DNA of 64,000 bases from Chara braunii (Eukaryota; Plantae; Charophyceae): NCBI GenBank assembly GCA_003427395.1, contig BFEA01000012.1, positions 1,629,216 through 1,693,215 on the forward strand. Reading direction: 5' to 3'. The translations under genes were made by a program, and so were the position numbers. Shown here in pieces: positions 39,629-51,005 of this stretch. The notes beneath the pieces were generated by a model that saw only the letters and a program-made list of their open reading frames with translations, did no database searches and was not told the DNA's origin. Each line of letters opens with the position of its first letter. The first letter of the stretch is position 1.

Positions 39629-39666
39629 CTGTCTCTTATACACATCTAGATGTGTATAAGAGACAG
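39629..39666. other. Nextera mate-pair junction adapter (assembly artefact)
   Basis: Exact CTGTCTCTTATACACATCT+AGATGTGTATAAGAGACAG (two Tn5 mosaic ends back to back), flanked by an identical ~161-bp duplication. Confidence 0.98.
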
Positions 39667-40563
39667 GTTCTATATCGAGGTTGGAGGGAGGGGAAATAAT
39701 AAACCATTTCTCCGTGTCAACTCCGACCTCCCTCCCCATCCTCTTGCGACATCATTCCCCTCATGCAAATAAAATTTTGAGATGCACGGATACCGCTCTC
39801 TACCCTACTGCTTCCACAGTCGTGATCGTCGTTGTTGTTGTTGTTGTTATTGTTGTTATTAATGTTATTGTTATTGTTATTAATGCCGCCGTCACGATCA
39901 TTAAGGGGAGGGGCGATAACATACCTCTTATCCTTCTCAACCCCAATCTCCACCATGTCCGCTAGCGACATATCTCTCATCATGTCGATTTTGATCATTA
40001 CTACACTGACACAAGTCAAATTTTGTTCAACTGCATGAAGTAGTAAAAATTCAGTTAACACTTCCCCTAGAAAAAAAAGTTTTCCTGAAGTAATAAAAAT
40101 TCGAGCAGCACTTCACATAAAAAATAAGGTTTTTCAAATTTTTACTGAGCCAGTTATAAAACTTGGACAAAAAGTTACACTTTAAAAATTAAATTTGACG
40201 AACTCCCTTGTTCTGTAAGAATTTCGGCAACGCTTCCCGTAGAAAAAGCAACTTTCCAAAATTTATATGAAGCCAAGTATAACAAATGATCCCCCAAAAT
40301 ACTATAATTGACCCAAGTAAAAAACGTTACCTAAAAAAATGCAGGAATATAACTAATTCCTATAGCTCTAGCACGTGGCAAAAAACTAAAACAACTACCT
40401 ATCAAACTGAAACTCAGACTAAGTAAAAGTTCTCACTCAGCCACATGCAAATCCAAACCACAATGATAAGTACTCTCACCATCCCCAAGGTTAAACCTGA
40501 TCAACAATAGTTCATAATCTTTCAATGATTTATCCCTCATACCCTACTTACAGAAGGCGTAAA

Positions 40564-41270
40564 GCTAGACCATTCAACTTAGCAACAATATCTAGCTCAA
40601 TCATTGAATATATACAAACATAAGGCATTACAACTTTTTTCTTCTTTGAGCATGTGACTAAGCCGTGCAACTTAAAAACAATGCATACTCGCCTTAATCT
40701 TTTTAAAATAGTCAAGTTATATATAACTTTCTAAACCTAATCTTTTAACGTATCATATCACTGAACCGTTCAATTTGGAAACAAGGTTCAACCTGCCCCT
40801 TTTTACCATTCATTTAATCTTAATTTATACTCTTTTCACTTGTGATAAGCTATAGTTAGACCATTCAACTTAGAAACAATATCTGACTAGCTTGTTCGTA
40901 ATACAATAGTAATAAGGTATAAACAAAATTTACCCCTTGGCTCCAGTATGTGTGTGGCTCCAGACCAAACCATCCAACTTAGGAACAATTATTTGGTACT
41001 TCGTCTTATCCTCACTCATAATAAATAAGAAAACGTCTGAGTCATCCAATCTTATGGAATAATTGTTCAAACTCTCTCTTTCATAAACAAAAAACACTTC
41101 AGAAAATTCAAAATAAACCAAGGCAACAAAGTCATCCAACTTAGGAATAATTGTTTGGTCCCTAAAACGACAATCATAGATAACCCTCGCAAGTCAGAAG
41201 AATGTCCGGTCATCTAGGCAATCAGAGTAAAACACAACACTGGTCATTCAACTTAGAAACAATACCCAGT
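40564..41270. repeat. repeat-spacer array B: 8 copies of core RYCATYCAACTTAGRAACAAT
   Basis: Cores start at 40569, 40662, 40765, 40860, 40969, 41041, 41131 and 41243. The upstream leader is homologous to that of array A. Confidence 0.85.
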
Positions 41271-41639
41271 CTTTGGCTGCATTGCCACTTCTACGCACCC
41301 TCGTACGAGTACGGATTCGTATTATTTTACTCGTACGCTACTCGTACGCTAGGGGCCACTTAAGAGTTTTTTTTTTGTTTTTTTTTTTAATCCGATTTTT
41401 TTTTTTTTTTTTCTCAAATTCTAATATGAATTTGAAAATGATGCTCAGCCAAATGTTGCTTGTTTTNNNNNNNNNNNNNNNNNNNNNNNNNNNNNNNNNN
41501 NNNNNNNNNNNNNNNNNNNNNNNNNNNNNNNNNNNNNNNNNNNNNNNNNNNNNNNNNNNNNNNNNNNNNNNNNNNNNNNNNNNNNNNNNNNNNNNNNNNN
41601 NNNNNNNNNNNNNNNNNNNNNNNNNNNNNNNNNNNNNNN

Positions 41640-41970
41640 AACCATCTTCCTCCCCCCAATGCAAAACCCTTTTCACAATCTGACTTCAGACAGCCGACAA
41701 AAGTGAAACTGAGATTGTGCATGCATTCCTTAGTTTTGCTATGTACGTGTACTCTATGCAACGTAAGTCTTTGGTTGACCCGATCATTCGCAAACACAAC
41801 CATCTTCCTCCCCCCAATGCAAAACCCTTTTCACAATCTGACTTCAGACAGCCGACAAAAGTGAAANAACCATCTTCCTCCCCCCAATGCAAAACCCTTT
41901 TCACAATCTGACTTCAGACAGCCGACAAAAGTGAAATTGAGATAGCGCATGCATTCCTTTGTTTTGCTAT
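41640..41970. repeat. near-identical short tandem repeat beside an N gap (possible assembly artefact)
   Basis: AACCATCTTCCTCCCCCCAATGCAAAACCC...AAAAGTGAAA occurs three times, with an N at one junction. Confidence 0.8.
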
Positions 41971-43019
41971 GATTTGTGCCCAGAAAGCCAAACATAAAGT
42001 CAAATAGGGATGCATGCAGTATACTAAGTCAAATTGTAGCACTATTTACAGATAAGGGTTTGAACGGAGTTTAAAGAAGGGGATGGAGATTTACCACTTA
42101 CTTACATGCCTCCACAACCTGGCACAGGTTTCCGCAGAGCTCCCACAATTGGTGGGACGAATCTCCCACAGAAGTCTTCGCACGAATTACGAGTTGCAAT
42201 CCCGTCTGCCACCTTCCTCTCCAAACCAATAAACGAGATGGAGAGTAAGAAGGGCAGAAGGAGAAGGGTTTGAGTCTCTCAGATCCAAGGATAGTGCACG
42301 AAGACTCGCGTGACAGGACCTTGGTTCCTTGATCCGCCTCACGGCCCAATAATGATGGCCAAATATGCAGTAACACCGCCAACCTGAAGTAAGAATGCCA
42401 AATATTAACCTCCCGACAGTCCTCAAATTCGCAAGGGTAATCCCCCTATACGAGGCTTACCCACTCCCTTCAGCCGTAGTGCTTCTACCGTTAGCTGGCT
42501 GCGCGGCCTAGAACGCAACACTACGCCGCAAGGTATAGTGCTCTTAGCAGTCGTGCGCTGAACCCAGACTCCGTAGCTACTTTCTGCGCAAGGGTAAGTA
42601 AGAATAAGTAAACGCGACATAAACTTCACAAAACGCCGCTGGTAGCGGAACTGCGTGCACAAACCAGTTGGCACTATCGACACTCCTTTAGTGAATTGAC
42701 CAAGTGAGTGTTCTCCAGTTTTTCACGTTGAGGCAACTAGCAAAATTCTCCTAGGGGTCACCCGTGCAGACTGCCTCCGTGAACAGGTACGTATATCCTC
42801 ACTCCAAACCGACTTCCCGTCTCTTTTGCTTCGTCTCCTCAGTTATTGCGGCATATCAGCAACTATACAACACACAAGCGCAAAGAGTCTTAGGAAGCGA
42901 TGTTGCCAACCTTCTCCTAAAACCTGATGCAATTCCTAGAGTCAATTGAGGGGTCAAGTGTAATGAGGAAATTGGTAGGCCAGGGTTTCCTCACCCTACT
43001 TTATAAAAAAGATAAATAA

Positions 43020-44400
43020 AACATTAAGAATTAAATACCATTACCTTGCTTACGATAGTTTACAAGTTTCTGGCTAATACTCGGTCAATCGTATAATACC
43101 TCTTATGGTGATTAGGTTTATAAAGTTATGATCACGTTGATTGACGCTTCCTTGGTGCTTGCTTACAAAAGTGAAACTTTAATCCCAATATGTATTAGTG
43201 GATCACTTCCTACATTCCAATGCTTCTACTACGGTTCAGGTCAATGATCTTCTTTCACCAAAAATCAAACTTGAAAGGTCGGTTCGACAAAAGGATCCTT
43301 TAACCCCTTTTCTGTTTTTAATTGTTATGGAGGCGTTGGGTGCACATCTTAGGGCAAATCACAACCTCAAATGCCTTCAAATTACGGTTATACATGCATA
43401 GCAATCCATATAAATGACCCCACTATTATGATCGAGGCATCCGCATGCAATATGGTGGTCAATTGGAGAAATACTCCATTGCGGTGGTGGATTCATTGTT
43501 ATGGGTACGAGCCTCTTTAACATCCTAGAGTTAGTTTGATCCTGTTGGATACTCCTGTTTGCATTTTGTGGTTATCCTTAACAGCTCAACATCGACCTTC
43601 TATTAATGATAATTGGATATTCGAACTGACTCTAGACAAAATAAATCAAAGGCTAAATCAACATATCTCACTCTATGGGAGGGCCTTGATCTATAACAAT
43701 GTGGCCCTCGCTTTCATTTGGTATAAATAAACACTTTGGTTTCTTAGTAAGGCACGATCGAAAACGCTTCATAGGCAATATACTCATGGCGGGGTAACCA
43801 TGAAAAAAAAGTTATACCGAAAGTAACCTGATTGTCCTCAATCACATCAAAAACAAAAAAGGAATTTGAGGTGTTGGATTCAACCCTCCAGTATAAGGCT
43901 CTCTCAATTCAATAGATAGAGAAGTAATCTTGTCTATAGATATATGATGGCACTTGAGCATATTCATAAGTTGGCTGCCTCGACCGCAGAGAAAATTCAC
44001 CTCCTCACCTTGGTAGAGGACACGTACAATCGAGAGAGGAAGCCGTCAGAGGTGGGTATGTAATGATATCATGATGGATAGTTTTGTGAGTCTCATTATT
44101 AAAAACATAGCGTCACTCACCGATTCCCAATGCACCATTTATGTCGACATATACGGAGGTACATCCGTCAACCCCTTTTTGGTAATTGATGGATTACCAA
44201 TAGAAATGGTCCCATTTCAATAGCTCAGTCGCGCCTTGATCTCTATGGGTTAAAAAACGGGTGTTGAATATTGATGACATATGAGACCCAAACACAAAAG
44301 ATTGGAAAGTAGTGTAGCAGTTGAACAACTCCTAGATTAACTCCTCAACCCGCACATAATCAAGATCTTATCACTTTTTTCATCCCCTTGGACTGGTTAA
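43020..44400 (+). pseudogene. decayed L1/Tx1-type LINE reverse transcriptase fragment
   Basis: PITLLTIVYKFLAN (~43040), VQVNDLLSPKIKLERSVRQKDPLTPFLF (RQGDPLSP motif, ~43235-43320), SLYGRALIYNNV (~43668). Confidence 0.8.
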
Positions 44401-47400
44401 GAACACTCATGAAAGAGTTTAGGTTCAAGGAGGCGGATTGGGTGGTTGGTTTGCTCCGGGTGAAGGGTGGTGGGCCAAGTGATTCATCTTTTTCCACAGG
44501 CCGGACAGGGGGTGCTTCCTCCTTCTTTCACCCCCTGACGCCGTGTTATTTTTCTCCTTCACTTAACTATATTGTATCGGAGTGTTTTTTGTTTCCGCCA
44601 TCAACGGATCACCAGCCTCTCATCCGGAGTTTCTCCTTCCATCATTTATTTTTGATCCAGAGGAACGAGTATGACAGACTTGCAAAAAGGGGAAGCCACG
44701 TTCCAAGCAGTCTCTCCTAATTGAGGCAACCTACGGTCTTCTTTGTCCCAATTTGAAGTTGGATATTTCAGCAATCCCGCAGGAACGGGGGGCCTGACAC
44801 CTTGATGTTGACATATAATTACTCGAGGATGTTAAAGTTTTCAAATACGTCCTGCAACATTTTGTCCTTACAGTAGTAGACAACTCATCATTGTTTACCT
44901 AGTAATGACTGACTCCTATACCATTTAACACTAGCACAACAAGGTTTGGCATCTGTATGGTGCCCTTTTTGTTCGTCTTTGTTCCCCTCTAGAAGGATTA
45001 GGGAGACCATTGAAAATTATTTTTGCAATGCCTAGGCTTAATCCGACTTTGGAGGAGATGGGAGTGTGGGGCTCGTTAGACACTCCTCGGGCACCATTTT
45101 ACCTATCATCGTGGAAGAAATTGGAAAAAATATGTGAAAACATTTCCTCTAGGAATCCTTGAAGTGTCATGGTGGCCCATCCATTCCGTGCCCTATTGCA
45201 AGGGACCTCTCGATGTCCCTCGAAGCTCAAGGATCTGCGAAATCGGAGCGACAAAGGATCTCATCGTCGGTAACTTTCTTTTTTCGGCTGGTCCATTGGT
45301 GTACCGCCAACGACGACACGAACATTCTTCATGCCTCAACGTTGGGATTTCAGGCAACAAATCCCCAACGGTTATTCTTACAGGACGACCGTCGTCGGGG
45401 TTCGTTTCGATTTGGGGGTGCGTCCCCCTAGCTTCGTAGAGGTTCAACAGTCGAAAAAATTGAATATTTTTCCCGATCTCCCTCCCGCATCCCCACTCAT
45501 GTTGGCGAGGTGTGTCGTATGCTCTCCTCTACAATTTGCTCCCTTCATCGTCGCTGTTTGGTGGACCTCTATTGCCGTCGTGGAGTCACGGCCGTATCGT
45601 ACATGATGTTGATGGTTGACCTCTATCGAAGGTTGCCACTGTTGCTACTAGTCGCGATTTTGCTTGTCGTGGTCCTCCTTTTCCACGTGTGCATCCTCGG
45701 CTCCTCCTTTCGTATCGTCGCATTGCCTGAGATCCTCCCACGTGCCCCCCATCCTCCTTTTCATCCACCACCTCAGTGTCACTGATGGAAGAACACCGCA
45801 ACCAATGGCGTAAAAAACCTAAACTACATCCTGGGTGATGACCACGATATCCAGCCCTTCAACCGAACTTGATGAAGTGTCTTCCTCATCTGCGCTCGGA
45901 TCTACGCTCTCATTCTGCCTAATACCCTCTCTTGCTGACAATGAAAGAGTACGGCCGTCATGGCTGCCGCCACGACAATCTTCTCGATCGTCGTTGACTT
46001 GGCACGTTCGTTGTCGCTGCCACCCTCCATTGACATGCGTGTTGCAATGCTCGTCAACTACGAAAATACAACAGCTGACGAACTCGCCACGACCACGGTA
46101 ACCTCAGCACCAAGTTGTCGACGACGTTCCCAGCATGTGCTCTCCTTCACACATACGTGCAGCGGTAGGAGAAGGCGATGGCGATGGACCTTCGCGGGGC
46201 GCTCTAAAATTCATGACGCCTTCCGACTACTCCACTAGACTAGTGCAAATTCCCCTTTCCACCGGTGCCAATATGGACGCTATCTGCCCCGCCTCGCCAT
46301 CGTCATGTCCAGCATCCAATTCAAAATTTGATTTTTGAACTTGGATGTCCATTGTTTTTTAAGGTTTTTTTTTTTTCCTGCCGCCAGTGCCTTTCAAATT
46401 TTCCCGCCTTCGGCAGTTGAACCACACCGGCGCGAGACAAATATCACCCAATGGACCGTGGCATCCACCCCCCCCCCCCCCNNNNNNNNNNNNNNNNNNN
46501 NNNNNNNNNNNNNNNNNNNNNNNNNNNNNNNNNNNNNNNNNNNNNNNNNNNNNNNNNNNCTATAATATTATGAAAATGGCCACGGGGGGCCAAAAGGAAT
46601 CATCCTCGGAAGACCACCCCGACGATAGGTGGAATGACGATGGAAATTTCCTTCAAAACCCCGAAGGAAATTTCCTTCAAAACTCCGAAGGAAATTTCCT
46701 TCGGCCCTGAGAACGCCACAAGGAGTGTCTTACAAAACCCTGTACCTCGAGGGAATTGATAGGGGTGGACTGGCCATGGGATTGGAGGGCAATTTTGTTG
46801 GGTCACTGAAAACCCCTAGGATTACTTTTTCTTACTTTCAAAGGAATCTTTTTGAAATTGGTCGCAAGGCAGTCTTATGAAACCTTCGGTACATTCGAGC
46901 AAGGGGGGGGGTGTGTTTGGAAGGTCTGAAAATTGCAAAACTAATTGTTCAATTTCTTAAAGTCAAATAATGGCTCAACGGTCTACACTCGAAACTATTT
47001 TTTTTTCAGCAAAAAAAATGAAAAAAAAAACATTCAACAAACTATTAAAAAAATTTAACATGGACGGTGTCGGAGGGCGCGGTATCCCAGCCCTCCGCGG
47101 TGCACCAGGCACACCCTATTCACGGACCTTGATAATATGTCAGGTTTGTCCTATGCGCGACCTTGCTTCTGGACTGACCCGACTGACACTTCCACAACAA
47201 AAAAGTGGGGGGTGCATCACTGGACTTTCCTTTAGTCCATGCAGGCTCAGCGCACTGTTGTATGGGACAGGACTACCGGCCTGTGGCCGTGGTAGTAGTC
47301 GGGCTCACCCAGGGACGCAAAGGTAGAGGGACCGGCGCAATCTTTTCTATTGCACGCACAGTTTCCTCTAACCGAGTTACGGGACAAGTATGACCGTCGT

Positions 47401-50400
47401 CACGATCAAAGCAAAAGAAAAAGAAAAAAAATAATAATAATAATAAAAAAATAGAATCGCCATTTTTTTTTTTTTAGATTGCGGTTCTGCTTAATCAGAA
47501 GGTCTGGAGTGATTGTGGCGCTACGTATTTCTCTCCCTTCTATTGCCAATTCAAATTGTCTCCTTTTTATGTCACTTCACAGTAATTACAGACAGCCTAA
47601 ACTGGCCGGTTCTTCGGACCTTATTTTTTCCGTAGGCGCAATCTACAAAGCGTTGCATGGTAAGGCTTAAAAAAGGAGCACCCGCGGCCGCTTGGTAGGA
47701 GGCTTATCACCCCCGTGGAAGGTCAAAAGCCCCCTCCTTGCCATCGGACACGAGTACCCATTAGTAGTAGTCCAATGATTCTCCTCTGAAAGGAGAGGCA
47801 TTAATCCGTATCCCGTTATGAGACCACAACACGCCGAATTTAGTATTTTCAATCTAAGTTGAAAAGACTACAGTACTCGTTGAGGATTAGCGCGTTTATT
47901 CAAGTGACTGTTGGTTCCACTTCTAATTTGCTTTTTCTTGTAAAAATCTTATTGTGACGCTTTTGAGTCCCTCGTTTAGAACATGGGGATTGCGACTCTC
48001 TTGATTCCTATAAAGGGGTGGCTGTTGCACCATCTCGGCTATTGGTTAATGGGTGCGAGTATGGTCTCTCGCTACCGTTGCACTATTTCGTGCGGAGTGA
48101 TTAAAACGTTCATATCTCAGCTATCTGGATTTAGTTGTTAAGCGCTTTAAGCGCCATACTATTTGAAAGAGACGGTAGTAGCTGGTGGCTTCAGACCCTA
48201 GTCATTGCAAAAGAATAGCTAATGCGTGTCGAAGGGGGTTGGAAGGCTATGAGCAGATTGCTGGAGACTTTTAGTTTGTTGGGCCTTAGTGCCGAGGAAG
48301 GTCTTTGGATCACAACTATTCAAAATTTTGACGGCAATGAGGCAAAGTTAAAAATTAACGGAGAGGGAGGAAGAGAGCTAGAGATGGGAGAGGACTTAAA
48401 GATGCAAGCAGCAATTACAGAGGCCAGAAGCAGGGCAAAGAAAAGACTTTGATGGGACCACGTTACCGCCCGTCTCGAAATCACTATTGTGTACCATGAG
48501 ACCGAGACCTCGACGCGGACTACAAAGAGAGAGCAACAGATTTGAACCACGTCTTTGAGGCGGAGTCACAGTGACGCAACCTCGCAGTCCTGACATGGAC
48601 TGGAGCAATGGAGAAGGGACCATCCGCCCACCGAACGAGGTGAGATTGGCACCATGAGGCTAGTTCACTTCGACGGAGGAGCTGACCAGGTGGCAGTTAC
48701 AGAACTGCAAGACGAGGACTTTCGTACGTGTCGATAGCGAGGACACAGGGGAGAAGAGGGTCATCTATAGGAGTATCACACGTGAAGGCTATTTCCAGTT
48801 GACATCATTTCTTTTGCACAGAGTCGCTAAGTAGAGCGAGAGCATAAAGAATGTGCAGTATGCAAGCAACAATAAGATAAGGAGTGCTCAGATGAGTGGG
48901 AGTGCAGTTCGCGGATGACCTAGTTGACGTCTCCTCTCCGCTTTTGGTGGTGAGTTAGGGAGCTGAGTCCGCTAGGCTGTTGTCTGGTGAAAGAGTACTG
49001 TGATCGTCGATAAACGAAAGTGTTACTATCAGGTGGTTGCGGTGCATACAGACTCTTCGAGAGTCATATTTCACGAGAAAAGTTTTCTTCATGAAACAAG
49101 ATTGTTTGATAAGATGGAAGGAAGACACTAGTGACATGAAAAAGCAACAAGGTTTACCAGTCTTGGAACGGACTGGATCAGTGACCACGTGCGACACCTG
49201 CTAGTAATACCCGTGGATGACAATCTTGATGCTAGTTTGGGGTGACAAAGCTGAGCCTGTGGCAAAAAAACGGTACTACAAGGTGGTTACCATCATGATC
49301 CGCAAGGGAGAGAAACTAAGGCGCAAAATTATGTTGAGTTTATGAGTGAACTTGGTTGGCGTTATCAGTTTCAGGGTGGAGAGTGTTCTTCACCTACGCT
49401 GAGTGAGCAAACTTGGTTGACGTTATCCGTTTCAGGGCAGAGAGTGTTCTTCATCATCACTAAACTTTCGTCAACGCCTCTGTACCCCTCCCTAAGTGGA
49501 TTCTTGGAACTTAACTACTGTGTCGAGAAGTATCCACGTGATAGTCACAAGTAATGATAGAGTTGCACGAGTCTTAAAGAGAGAACTCGTGAATCAAGGT
49601 ACTACAAATTTAAAGAATGCACGAAGTCAGAAGTTTACATTGTTGACTCTTGCGAGCAACACGTGTGTGCAGATCACAGTATGTGCTCGACGAAGGGTAA
49701 TCACTTCATATTATCTCCTAAATAACAAGTCCGTTCGTCTGCGGGTCTGACTTTCCTCTACGGGGAATGTTAGTCGGAGCGAGAGAAAGGAAGTCCGACT
49801 TTGGTATATGTGCAAAAGAGAGAACTGCTTCACGTAGCCATCTACTACCTTGTATTTGCTGCGAGAAAACATGTTCTGATTGGACAAATGCTGACTGGAT
49901 TGGATTCGAATGGGAGGTTATTGGTCAAATTCCCTACGCCGGTAGACGACTATCTATGCCGTTTGCTCACTATCAGAAATTATCTTTCGTCTCGAAGCTA
50001 TCCCATTGTCGTCATCGTATCTGACTATGATATCTGAGAGCGAATGATGAGTAGGACTTGGTTGGTAGTAAGAAATTTATGCAATTGGAATTGGTGAGTC
50101 TACGATATTACGGATTATACCACTATTGAGGTTGGTTTTATGACCTTCAATCATTATTATCTGTTAAATGGTCAAAATAAATTTTATATATTTGCTGACT
50201 TCTACAGAGACGTGGCTGGGTGTGTGGGTCAGTCACATTTTATATTGAAATTTAACTCGAAAAGTAATTAAGAAGAACTTTTGAGATAATATCACCGAAT
50301 ACCCATTAATGAAATGGGTATATGCATGTAAAATCTTTGGACTAGTCCAAACCCCTTGGAAAGGAGTGACCAGTGGAGTCGGACGTGGTTGGTCCGATTA

Positions 50401-50704
50401 CGCTTGGTGATCAGATCTTTATTATAAAAAACATTTAACTGTCTCAAGTAACCCTTAGTGTGTAGTCCTTTTATCCCCACATCCCTGTGAAAGAAGGAAA
50501 AGTAATAGGGTAGAGCGCATCGGTCCGACACCGCACAACGCGGCCGGGAGGGTCCCGCCCGCCTCGTGCGGTGCCGTGTCGAGCGCATCGGTTCGGCACC
50601 GCACGAGGCAGCGCAGGACCCTCCCGGCCGCACAGGAGTTGGTTTAAACCCTTCGTCGCCAATCCACATGGAGCTTCCGCAAGCCGCTCCGGTCGAGTGC
50701 GCCA

Positions 50705-51005
50705 ACCATATCTCCACGATCCCCTACGACAAGATAGGGCCTACACGAGGCACGGCTTACCTCCACCTCACGGGAGCTGTCAACTCCCTTCGGTGGGCAT
50801 ATCCCTGTCGAGCTACCAGTCCACAGTACGCAAGCTGATCAGTTGCAATCGCAGAGGTGGACCAGCCGAGGTCGTTTCTCATTCCCTGAAGCATAGGGGG
50901 TACCCGCGGTCATACGCCTCTATCAGACCCACACGCGAGCCGACAGCTTGGGGGGATGAGTTCCCAAGCGCGACTCGACGTCGGTCGACTAGGACGTATC
51001 CCACT
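50705..51005 (-). other. second copy of the structured block found in the gypsy LTR; probably part of an LTR-like repeat
   Basis: Shares CCCTACGACA, TACCTCCACCT, GGTGGGC.TATCCCTG, GAGCTAC, TGCAATCGCAGAGGT, CAGCCGAGG and AGCATAGG with 8070-8370. Confidence 0.75.

Noticed and set aside
39629-39666. Tn5/IS50 transposon ends as a horizontal transfer
   Set aside because: Exact synthetic mosaic-end pair in junction-adapter configuration.
28011-41270. Calling arrays A and B true CRISPR arrays
   Set aside because: No cas genes, eukaryotic TE context, degenerate repeats, periods ranging 60-112 nt, and first spacers that are positionally homologous between the arrays rather than independently acquired.
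46640-46705. Three 21-bp palindromic units GAAGGAAATTTCCTTC
   Set aside because: Short perfect-period minisatellite beside a gap with no unique spacers.
47062-47272. HDV-like ribozyme resemblance (GGTATCCCAGCCCTCCGCGGT...TGGGAC)
   Set aside because: P1 is only 5 bp, L3 is short, there is no catalytic C in the J4/2 position, P4 would be ~150 nt, and a competing GGAGGGC/GCCCTCC hairpin exists.
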